A DNA stretch of 63,571 nt, filler included, from Octopus bimaculoides (lineage: Eukaryota): assembly GCF_001194135.2 (NCBI RefSeq). It is 5 parts of 4 records of this genome, joined end to end, with 100 filler letters (N's around TTAATTAATTAA, not from the genome) between each part and the next. Parts side by side here need not be neighbours in the genome. Positions count along the whole stretch, not along the records: positions 47,543 to 54,576 come from NC_068987.1; positions 54,677 to 61,543 come from NC_068983.1; positions 61,644 to 63,571 come from NW_026304953.1; 2 more parts are not named here. One strand, written 5' to 3'. Shown here piece by piece: positions 53,920 to 63,571 of this stretch (the stretch's first letter is position 1; every line of letters starts with the position of its first letter). The notes beneath the pieces were generated by a model. The model searched no databases. It had not been told where the DNA came from and was given only the letters and a program-made list of their open reading frames with translations. A program made the translations under genes and the position numbers.

Positions 53920-54480
53920 GTGAGTTAGAATCCGTAACCACTTGTAAACGTTTCAGCTGATATACATACACACACGCACATACACACACACACGCATACA
54001 CACACACACGCCCACAGATACACAGACATGCACTCAGACAGATACACACAAACAAATACTCATTAAGATGCACGAGCATTTACACATATGCACGCATGTC
54101 CACGCACTCCCACTAGCTCTGATAAATACATACAAATGTCGGTGCAGATATTTGTGCTTATTGATACATATTGATATATGGGAAATTAGTTAGGTCCACG
54201 TATTCAGAAACAAATCATGCCATTTAAAGTACATACAATGTGTGTCTGTGTACCCTGATATGCATCTATATACACATGTAGATGAAAGTATATACATATA
54301 TGTGTGTATACATGCATATATATTTTTTGTATTATTACATCATTGAACGCACACGTCCATTTTGCAAGTAAGACTGTACTTTATTATTCTGACGTGACTA
54401 TCTATCTATCTATTTATCTATCTGTCTTCCTCTATCTTTCTATCTATCCCTCTATCTACCTATCTATCTTTCTCCTTACC

Positions 54481-54512
<32 letters not shown>

Positions 54513-54576
54513 CATACATACATAATACAAAAAATATATATGCATGTATACACACATATATGTATATACTTTCATC

Positions 54577-54676
54577 NNNNNNNNNNNNNNNNNNNNNNNN
54601 NNNNNNNNNNNNNNNNNNNNTTAATTAATTAANNNNNNNNNNNNNNNNNNNNNNNNNNNNNNNNNNNNNNNNNNNN
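54577..54676. other. Artificial assembly spacer
   Basis: 44 N + TTAATTAATTAA (54621-54632) + 44 N. Confidence 0.95.
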
Positions 54677-54891
54677 GGGAATGTTTTTAACTTTGGTGTT
54701 ATATGTATTGCTTGAATTTCTTTGACATATGAAATATATGTATTTTCACATTGGGTTTGTAAAAGAGAGTTGTGTAGTTCTCGAGTTTTAGGGATTCACA
54801 CAGACACACAGACAGACACACAGACAGATAGACACACAGACAGATAGACACACAGACAGACAGACACACATTATCATCTTTATATATAGAT
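54677..54891 (+). mobile_element. Pearl/DINE-1-like (Helentron-associated) element end
   Basis: GTAGTTCTCGAGTTTTAGGGATTCACAC + (ACAG)n + TTTATATATAGAT; same end at 56049-56160. Confidence 0.55.
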
Positions 54892-55825
54892 ATATATATA
54901 TATACACACACACACGCACCCAAACACACGTATATATATGTATATCAATATAAATATATGAAAGTCAATGAAGTTTCGTAAAAGAAGGTGATCATGTACA
55001 TACGTTCTTGCTGTTGTGATTATAACACCTCGTTGTAAACAATGTTCCTTGTTTTCCCTTGTGGAGCATATGCAAATAGGTTTTTTTTTTGTTGCCCACT
55101 CTTCAGTAGCCAACATACAGTTGTCCATGTGAGAAGCGGGGCTCTTCCAAGAGAAGACCAGCTACAGACAGTGCTCATCTGTTATGTTCGGGTTAAAATT
55201 TCATCAACATCAAAAATATATGAATTTTCATGGGAGTTATGGCCGTTATGCATAGAATGTAATTTCCAAATTTCATAAAGATCCATTCAGTACTTTTGAC
55301 GTAGTTTTGGATAAGAAAATAAATGACTAATGTGTGTGTTTGTGTCCATGTGTATGTGTGTGATAGGTGTATATATGTATAGATATCTGTATGCATGTAT
55401 ATATATGTATATATGTGTACATATGACATGTACATCNNNNNNNNNNNNNNNNNNNNNNNNNNNNNNNNNNNNNNNNNNNNNNNNNNNNNNNNNNNNNNNN
55501 NNNNNNNNNNNNNNNNNNNNNNNNNNNNNNNNNNNNNNNNNNNNNNNNNNNNNNNNNNNNNNNNNNNNNNNNNNNNNNNNNNNNNNNNNNNNNNNNNNNN
55601 NNNNNNNNNNNNNNNNNNNNNNNNNNNNNNNNNNNNNNNNNNNNNNNNNNNNNNNNNNNNNNNNNNNNNNNNNNNNNNNNNNNNNNNNNNNNNNNNNNNN
55701 NNNNNNNNNNNNNNNNNNNNNNNNNNNNNNNNNNNNNNNNNNNNNNNNNNNNNNNNNNNNNNNNNNNNNNNNNNNNNNNNNNNNNNNNNNNNNNNNNNNN
55801 NNNNNNNNNNNNNNNNNNNNNNNNN

Positions 55826-56090
55826 ATCGAAATGTGATTGTTTCAGCTAGTGGAATAATTTCATTTTTAAAGTGAAAGTATTTGACATGAGTGTTTTTGT
55901 TTCACTTTTGACACGTAATACTTAAATAGTGGAGGAGATATTATGTTGCCGTGGGCTCGAACTCTGCAAGAATTAAAAAAATTTTTTGACTAAAACACAA
56001 CTGGAACCCTAAGTAAGGCATCTGTAAAATTTGAATGAAATTGGTTGCGTAGTTCTCGAGTTTTAGGGATTCACACACACAGACAGACAA

Positions 56091-56121
<31 letters not shown>

Positions 56122-56160
56122 AACAGACAGACACACATTCTCATTTTTATATATATAGAT
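55826..56160 (+). mobile_element. Pearl/DINE-1-like element, abutting the hAT remnant
   Basis: Same end motif, (ACAG)n tract and TTTTTATATATATAGAT terminus. Confidence 0.55.
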
Positions 56161-56700
56161 TATGGAAGAACAATTATCGTTTGCAAATTCAATCGTATTT
56201 TCGATGGGAATATTTCTTTCACGTAAACAAGATTTGACAACATTGCAAATACCAAGAACTGTTCTAACATTGCATCTATTACTCAAGTCAGAGTTTCTCA
56301 CGATCATGGCCAAAATTTGGGCGAGTAAAATGTCTTTATTCACATCAACTATGATGGAAAACTTTTATACCTTTCAGTTACCGTTGTCACTATTTTTCCA
56401 TGAAAATCTATACCCACCTGAATAACACAAAAAAGTTTTTTATCGTTTTCATTGATAATTTTTCAGAAATGATCTCTTACATACTGTTATAAAGTTATCA
56501 ATATTTGCAAAATGAGTGTAATGTTCAATAAAAGAGCTAGCAAGGTTTTCACTTTTAGCTGTTTCTTCATTTATCGCTGATTTCTTTTTTGTCACGAATA
56601 GAGTAATAACAACACTAAATGATTTAACCACATCAGAACGTTTCTGGTGTTTTACGGAAGTTTTAAATTCCATTAACACTAATTTACTTGCATTTTTTTG
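56161..56700 (-). pseudogene. hAT-superfamily transposase remnant
   Basis: Minus strand ETAKSENLASSFIEHYTHFANIDNFITVCKRSF, then KFSIIVDVNKDILLAQILAMIVR (FSIIVDE.TD-like) and NIPIENTIEFANDNCSS (A.DN-like); contains stops and frameshifts. Confidence 0.7.
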
Positions 56701-58134
56701 TGCAATATTTTAGCATTTACAGTTATTAGCTACTTTATCTGTTTTGTCTTGTCGAAGACAATCCTTAAATTCATGTGGTCTTTTTTCCTGCCTGACAACA
56801 TATCCCAATTACCTCATTTAGTAGGAACTTTCATTTCGTTACATATTACAACGGAGAGCAAATAATATGCATATGTAGCAAGTTATTACGACAGGAAAAA
56901 CGAATCACCTCATACAACGCACCATGACGCACGGCCAATGCCATCTCCGAATGACAAGGTCGCCAGGCCGAAGGTAGCTGCTTGCTACAACAGTATACGT
57001 ATCTTATGGAATTTAAAAATTTAGATGATGACTAATCACTCAAAACCTTTGGCAAATTTCTTCTACTATAGCTTTGGGCCAACCAAAGCCTTGTGAATGG
57101 ATTTGGTAGACAGAAACCCGTTGCATATATATATATATATATATATATATANNNNNNNNNNNNNNNNNNNNNNNNNNNNNNNNNNNNNNNNNNNNNNNNN
57201 NNNNNNNNNNNNNNNNNNNNNNNNNNNNNNNNNNNNNNNNNNNNNNNNNNNNNNNNNNNNNNNNNNNNNNNNNNNNNNNNNNNNNNNNNNNNNNNNNNNN
57301 NNNNNNNNNNNNNNNNNNNNNNNNNNNNNNNNNNNNNNNNNNNNNNNNNNNNNNNNNNNNNNNNNNNNNNNNNNNNNNNNNNNNNNNNNNNNNNNNNNNN
57401 NNNNNNNNNNNNNNNNNNNNNNNNNNNNNNNNNNNNNNNNNNNNNNNNNNNNNNNNNNNNNNNNNNNNNNNNNNNNNNNNNNNNNNNNNNNNNNNNNNNN
57501 NNNNNNNNNNNNNNNNNNNNNNNNNNNNNNNNNNNNNNNNNNNNATATATATATATATAATATAAAATAAATAATATATAAATATATGCATATATCCATA
57601 CATATATGTACATACCTACATCTATATGTATACATACATGCATATATGGGTACAGGACATGAAAAAAACGTTAAACACAATGAGAAACGAAAACAGAAAA
57701 CAAACTTGTTTCGAACAACGAAAAAAACAGAGAAACGAGACATGCAACATAAAGAGTATACTTCTTCATCAGTTGTCCCTGTTTCATCTAATCCAGGTTT
57801 CGAGTATGTATGTATATATGTATGTATGTATGTATGTATGTAGTGGATCTTGCAGGCATGAAGTGAAATTCGATCCACCATAGCCAAATTTCAAGTAACA
57901 GTTCAACAGAACTTTTCTCACGATAAAACAATAGTTTTTCTATAACAGCAGTTTTACATTTGCCAGATTGCCTTAGCTACGCCGAAATAATGTCTTCACC
58001 ACTTGACCTTTCTAACCTTTCTTAGACGACCAAAACCTCGAATTAAGATAACAAGTACCACCAACTAAATCCATTGCTCTCAACAATATGTCTATCCTTT
58101 TAGATAAGTATAAAAACAAGAACTCCCAAGCAAA

Positions 58135-59090
58135 AATCATAGAATGCAGAAATGCACTCACTCTGTTCTCCCGGGCGAGCAGTACCGGTAGCGGGGTTAC
58201 CACTGCAGATTTCTATAGCGGGTTGGTAGAGCATGTCCGACGACGTTCTGGGGGAGACTATGGGCTTCGATGAGGAACAGCTTGTCAACCTGTTCGGAAA
58301 AACATTCGGGCCGAGGTATCAGGACAACTTCCAGAAATCGCTGGCCTGGTTGTTCTGCTGATCAGCCTCACCAGTTCGAGAGAAGTTGTCAAAGCATGGT
58401 GCCCCGCCCACGTACGTGAGATGTGGGTATGTCAGTGAAACTGTCACGCACGCCTTCGTACATTATGAGGGATTAAGGGAACTGATAACCTATGTCGAAC
58501 AAATGGTATCAGATGCGGGAAGAGTACGGTTATCGACTGAGTCTATCATCAAGATTGTGCCGCCTCCCTCCTTTAACAAGGAAAAGGAGGCGTCATTTTT
58601 CTGCGTAGTAGCCATATTGAAAGAAACAGTATGAATGACGCGTGGAAGAGGAATTGAGGTAGGCAACTTCATATCCGGACGTGGATTGGTTGGTCTTTTT
58701 ACCTACCACCTATCTAAAAAGTTTAGCCTGGAGAAGAGGTGCCTGCCTCGAAGTACATTTGTGAAAAGATGGACGAATGTTGTAAGGAAGTTGAGAGCGA
58801 ATGGGGCCGTGCTGGTGTAGCCGGTCTAATCAGAAAGGAAGAGTAATAAGCAGAAAAAAGAAAGAAAACAAAGGAAAGAAAAGAAAAAAGAAAAAACACC
58901 GGCGGGTCAAACACGAGCCCGAAAATATAATCACAGAAATTCTTTTACGATTCTCGATTTCATTATACCATTCGATTTCATTTTTCCGATTTCATGTTCC
59001 GATTGCCATTAAGTCATAACTCCCAAAGCTAAATGTTTTGTATTGTCTTGTATTGTCCCCTCTCATTTATTGGTAAATAAAGAAATAAGT
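58135..59090 (+). mobile_element. 3' part of a Tx1/L1-type non-LTR retrotransposon: decayed ORF2 C-terminus with zinc knuckle, plus 3' UTR
   Basis: DNFQKSLAWLFC*SASPVREKLSKHGAPPTYVRCGYVSETVTHAFVHY (degenerate C-x2-C...ET..H...C, zf-RVT-like) and TFVKRWTNV; A-rich tract at 58840-58895; UTR ending AATAAAGAAATAAG. Confidence 0.8.
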
Positions 59091-59540
59091 TAGTTACATG
59101 GTGATAACTCAGTTAGTCACTTGGTGACAACTCGTGAGTTGAGAGAGAGCTGACATCAGTTAGTGAATCGACCACTAGAATCATGGCCACAAGCAGGCAG
59201 ACAAACGGCCAGAGAGAAAAAGAAAGAAATTTAGAATCAGCGACTATACGAGACCCAACTTCCTACGCACTCTCATTTTCACTAACTCAGTTTCTCTTCT
59301 CTGCACATTACCATATCTCTCTCGATGGTTTACTACTATAATAAGAACACACAGGCCGAAATTAACTTTTTTACTTCGCATGCTTTTGGATTTTATCACC
59401 TGCCCATCGAGGCAAGGTATATACAAATGTAACAGTAAATAAATATTTCTTCACAACTTCAATCACTGTTATTTCATCTTTACATAATGACAATCAACGA
59501 AGAACCAATCCTTTGCAAACTGATTATGACTCCGACGTTT
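59091..59540 (+). mobile_element. Copy of the LTR-like repeat (3' part; 5' part at 57960-58134 before the LINE)
   Basis: ACAGGCCGAAATTAA, TAAATAAATAT..TT.ACAACTTCAATCACTGTT shared with 18270-18400; degenerate PBS TGACTCCGACG near 59527. Confidence 0.7.
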
Positions 59541-59598
59541 CATATTATTGTTTACACAAATTAATTCCAACCGATACAAAATAAATCTTCATCGCTAC

Positions 59599-59640
<42 letters not shown>

Positions 59641-60558
59641 ATGCGTGCGTGTGTGTGTGTGTAGACGCACACGACGGATCTCTCAGTTTCCGCCTACTAA
59701 ATCCAAACGGTGGGACAAACAGAAACAATTACACGCACGACGGGTTTCTTTCAGTTTCCGTCTACTAAATCCACTCGCGAGGCTTTAGTTAACCTGAGGT
59801 TATAGTAGAAGACACTTTTTCAAAGAGCCACTCAGTGGGACTGAACTCCGAACCATGTGGTTGGGAAGCAAGCTTCTTATCACACAGCCACGCCTGTGTT
59901 CATTCACTTTCGTATATTTTTGCTAATCAACAAGCATAGAATTAAGTGTATACCTGATGTACTATCAATGTGGACAATCGAGTAAATATTCTCACGAAAC
60001 TGAAGATTGCGCCATAGAGTTGTAGACCGCAGGAACTGCCCACCGTTTTATTTTTTTTATTGTTGCAGTAAAGTTCACCCCGATGTAAAATATTTTGTAA
60101 ACTTGCAGTATTTTCATGAACCAGTAACATTGATACTAAGGTTTTTTTGTTTTTTTTATCAGTCTAAGCAAATAATCAGTTCTATAGGGAATTAGCAATA
60201 TTTACTTTCCACAATTAGGAAGATAAAAATAAAATATTTATACGCGATTCCTGATAAGTCATTAATGAAAAACGAAACCAGTGAACTAGGAATTTATTCT
60301 TTTGAAAGTACTGTGGTTTAACTGGTAACTACGGACCTTGCTTTCATAGCCACACTAAATATGATTACTAAATGTATGAATGACTCCTACTATAACAATT
60401 TTATAGTTGACACTGTAAAGTTAATTGTTTCGTAATGACTTATAGTTTCATCTCGAGTAGGAACACGTCGACTATTTTTTATTTACTTACATTTACATAT
60501 ACCTTCATATATTTGCGCGTGCATGTGTGTGCATGCCTGCGTGTAGGTGCATGCCTGC

Positions 60559-60617
<59 letters not shown>

Positions 60618-61543
60618 CGCGCACGTGTGTGTGCATATTGGAAGAAATTGAAGAATAATGGTAGAGGAGTGGAGGACAAAAACTAAAGAGTGAATGAACT
60701 TTGATATATACATACACACTCGCGCGCATGTACGCATGTGAATACATATCCTGTTAATGTGTGTACGTGTCCGTATGTGTGTATGAGTCAAGAATAACGG
60801 GAAGAACGGAAGGAATTTTGTGTAAGTACACAGATCACATACTTCCTTCAAAAGTGTAACATAAATAACTTTTCTTCCTTGGCGTCCATAAAATTTGCTT
60901 CCTTTAACAAATGCAAAGCAGCAAACAAAACAAAAAATAATAATAGTAAAAAAAAGAAAAGAAGAAAAGGCGGGTGGGATGGGCGTTGATGAATACTTTG
61001 AATATTTCTTTATTCAATTTCTGTTATTTCGCAAACGAAATCTTCAACTGTTCTTCAAACAGCCAGCTATATTCTTTGTAAGCTGTCAAATGCCACGTAA
61101 TAATAATCACCATTCAACTTGAAAGCTGATAGTAGTCAGGAAATGGACAAAAGTCGAAAATAAAGGGGTAAAAATGTCGACCATTGTGAAGAAATGTAAA
61201 TTGCTGAGACCTGTTTTGAAATGTTATCTGTTATGTGTACCTGTGGTATGACGTCATGGTCTGGGGAGGCTGACCGGAAGGGCGAGTCGACCGGAAGGGG
61301 GAAAAGGGTAGAGGGAGCCTCGATCGGCATTCGTGCCCTTTTCGAACGGGGCTGCGGTCAGGACAAGACGTGTTAAGCGACGGTCTAGGTTTGGGAAGGT
61401 TTGGGAGAAGCAGCTGCTATTCCTGGTGTACTTTGGGTCGGGGCAAGCTTCAAGGATCGGATACCTATTTCTTTACTGCCCACAAGGGGCTATACACAGA
61501 GGGGACAAACAAAGACAGACATACGGATTAAGTCGAAATATAT

Positions 61544-61643
61544 NNNNNNNNNNNNNNNNNNNNNNNNNNNNNNNNNNNNNNNNNNNNTTAATTAATTAAN
61601 NNNNNNNNNNNNNNNNNNNNNNNNNNNNNNNNNNNNNNNNNNN
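61544..61643. other. Artificial assembly spacer
   Basis: 44 N + TTAATTAATTAA (61588-61599) + 44 N. Confidence 0.95.
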
Positions 61644-62881
61644 CTGAAAGCACTCAAGTATAGAGTCGGTGTAATATCAAAAGATGAAATTAATATGCTA
61701 TATATATAAAGACTTAACAGAACAGTACCTTCAAAAGCTGCTATACACAAGAAACTCATTTACTGATATATAGGAACAAATGCATCTCCACATCACTAGC
61801 ACAACTTATATGGAATTTCAAAGAGAGAACAGCTATGTTATTTCAAACTGGAACATCATTGAGACTACAAAACCACAAAACAGAAGCACAGTAGATGAAA
61901 TTTATGCGTATCCGAAAGCCGAGAATATCAGTTACATTTATTAATGCCTTCCATCAGACCAAATCCTCCTTATGTTATCTAGATATATATTAACTATTTT
62001 TAACAGATAGAGTGATTGTACAGAAGCTCTTCTTCGCTAGCTGGTTGTATATCAAGTTATTGTTGTTGCTTAACCGCTTGTCACCCAATCGAGTACATGC
62101 AGGATCGAAGATATTCTAGTCATTACCACTCTGAGTCGGTTACATCGAATCTCGTTCTCAGCTGGTACTTATTTCATCAATAGGCGCAGGAGTGGCTGTG
62201 TGGTAAGTAGCTTGCTTACCAACCATATGGCTCCGGGTTCAGTCCCACTGCGTGGCGCCTTAGGCAAGTGTCTTCTGCTATAGCCTCGGGCCGACCAAAG
62301 CCTTGTGAGCGGATCTGGTAGACGGAAAGAAGCCCGTCGTATATATATNNNNNNNNNNNNNNNNNNNNNNNNNNNNNNNNNNNNNNNNNNNNNNNNNNNN
62401 NNNNNNNNNNNNNNNNNNNNNNNNNNNNNNNNNNNNNNNNNNNNNNNNNNNNNNNNNNNNNNNNNNNNNNNNNNNNNNNNNNNNNNNNNNNNNNNNNNNN
62501 NNNNNNNNNNNNNNNNNNNNNNNNNNNNNNNNNNNNNNNNNNNNNNNNNNNNNNNNNNNNNNNNNNNNNNNNNNNNNNNNNNNNNNNNNNNNNNNNNNNN
62601 NNNNNNNNNNNNNNNNNNNNNNNNNNNNNNNNNNNNNNNNNNNNNNNNNNNNNNNNNNNNNNNNNNNNNNNNNNNNNNNNNNNNNNNNNNNNNNNNNNNN
62701 NNNNNNNNNNNNNNNNNNNNNNNNNNNNNNNNNNNNNNNNNNNNNNNNNNNNNNNNNNNNNNNNNNNNNNNNNNNNNNNNNNNNNNNNNNNNNNNNNNNN
62801 NNNNNNNNNNNNNNNNNNNNNNNNNNNNNNNNNNNNNNNNNNNNNNNNNNNNNNNNNNNNNNNNNNNNNNNNNNNNNNNNN

Positions 62882-63530
62882 GCAAAGTTGACCCCGAAAG
62901 TTTGAAAGGCAAAGTTGACCCCGAAAGGTTGAAAGGCAAAGCCAATCTGCTCGGAATTTAAATTAGACACGAAAGGTTGGAAGAAACGTCACGCAGCATT
63001 TTGTCCGGAATGCTAAAGGCTCAGCAAGCTCCCCACCACCGTAATAATAATAATAATTTCAAATTTTGGCACAAGGCCAGCAATTTCGAAGGAGAGAGTG
63101 GGGAGCTAGTCAATTACATGGACCCGAGTGTTCAACTGGTACTTATTTTATCGATCCCGAAAGGATGAAAGGCAAAGTTAACCCCGAAATGATGAAAGGT
63201 TAAGTCGATCTCAGTGGAAATTAAACTCAGAACGTAAACACGAACGAAATACCGCTAAGCATTTTGTACGGACGGGTAACGATTCTGCCAGCTCTTCGCC
63301 TTAACTCCAGGGAGGGAGTTAGCCAATTACATCGACCCCAGTGCTCAACTTGTAGCAATTTTGGCACAAGGCCAGCATTTCAGCGGAGCGGGGTTTAGCC
63401 GGTACTTAATTCATCGACCCCGAAAGGTTGACGGTATAAAGTCGACCTTGGCGGAATTTAATCTCAGAACGTAATGCATTTTGACCGGCGCGGTAACGAT
63501 TCTGCTAGCTCACCGCCTTAACTCCAGGCG
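62882..63530 (-). repeat. Cluster of SINE A fragments with SINE-derived 27-bp tandem repeat
   Basis: GCAAAGTTGACCCCGAAAG.TTGAAAG x2 from 62882; repeated SINE A segments to 63530. Other A fragments at about 620-715, 1441-1590, 10438-10640, 20222-20530, 44870-45000, 48980-49130, 52570-52712 and 61460-61525. Confidence 0.75.
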
Positions 63531-63571
63531 ATGATAAAATTACATCTAAAACCGAAGGGAAAAAAAATTTT

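Noticed and set aside
57740-57805. Minus-strand GAAAC...CTGATGA in permuted order inside a repeat
   Set aside because: Could not close stems III and II in this copy; a family consensus might deserve a re-test.

Overview
AT-rich, microsatellite- and SINE-dense metazoan draft sequence. The repeat families resemble those I recall from octopus genomes (inference, not checked by search). The window is not one contiguous locus: four identical artificial spacers (44 N + TTAATTAATTAA + 44 N) split it into five joined pieces (1-16033, 16134-47442, 47543-54576, 54677-61543, 61644-63571). The only recognisable host gene is the first coding exon of a G-alpha-12/13-class subunit (32584-33045, +); its later exons are not found. 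Two small phase-compatible exon candidates of an unknown gene lie at 50323-50408 and 53848-53919. Mobile DNA includes several tRNA-head SINE families, two mariner remnants, a hAT transposase remnant, a Tx1/L1-type LINE 3' end, an LTR-like repeat with a tRNA-Trp primer-binding site, TTAA MITEs and two 8-bp-TSD MITEs carrying TTAGGG repeats. The most interesting signal is two complete minimal type I hammerhead ribozyme motifs (15804-15865 +, 51841-51898 -). Each sits inside a short, ORF-less, partially tandem repeat unit (about 568 and 465 bp), i.e. retrozyme-like or Penelope-derived elements.
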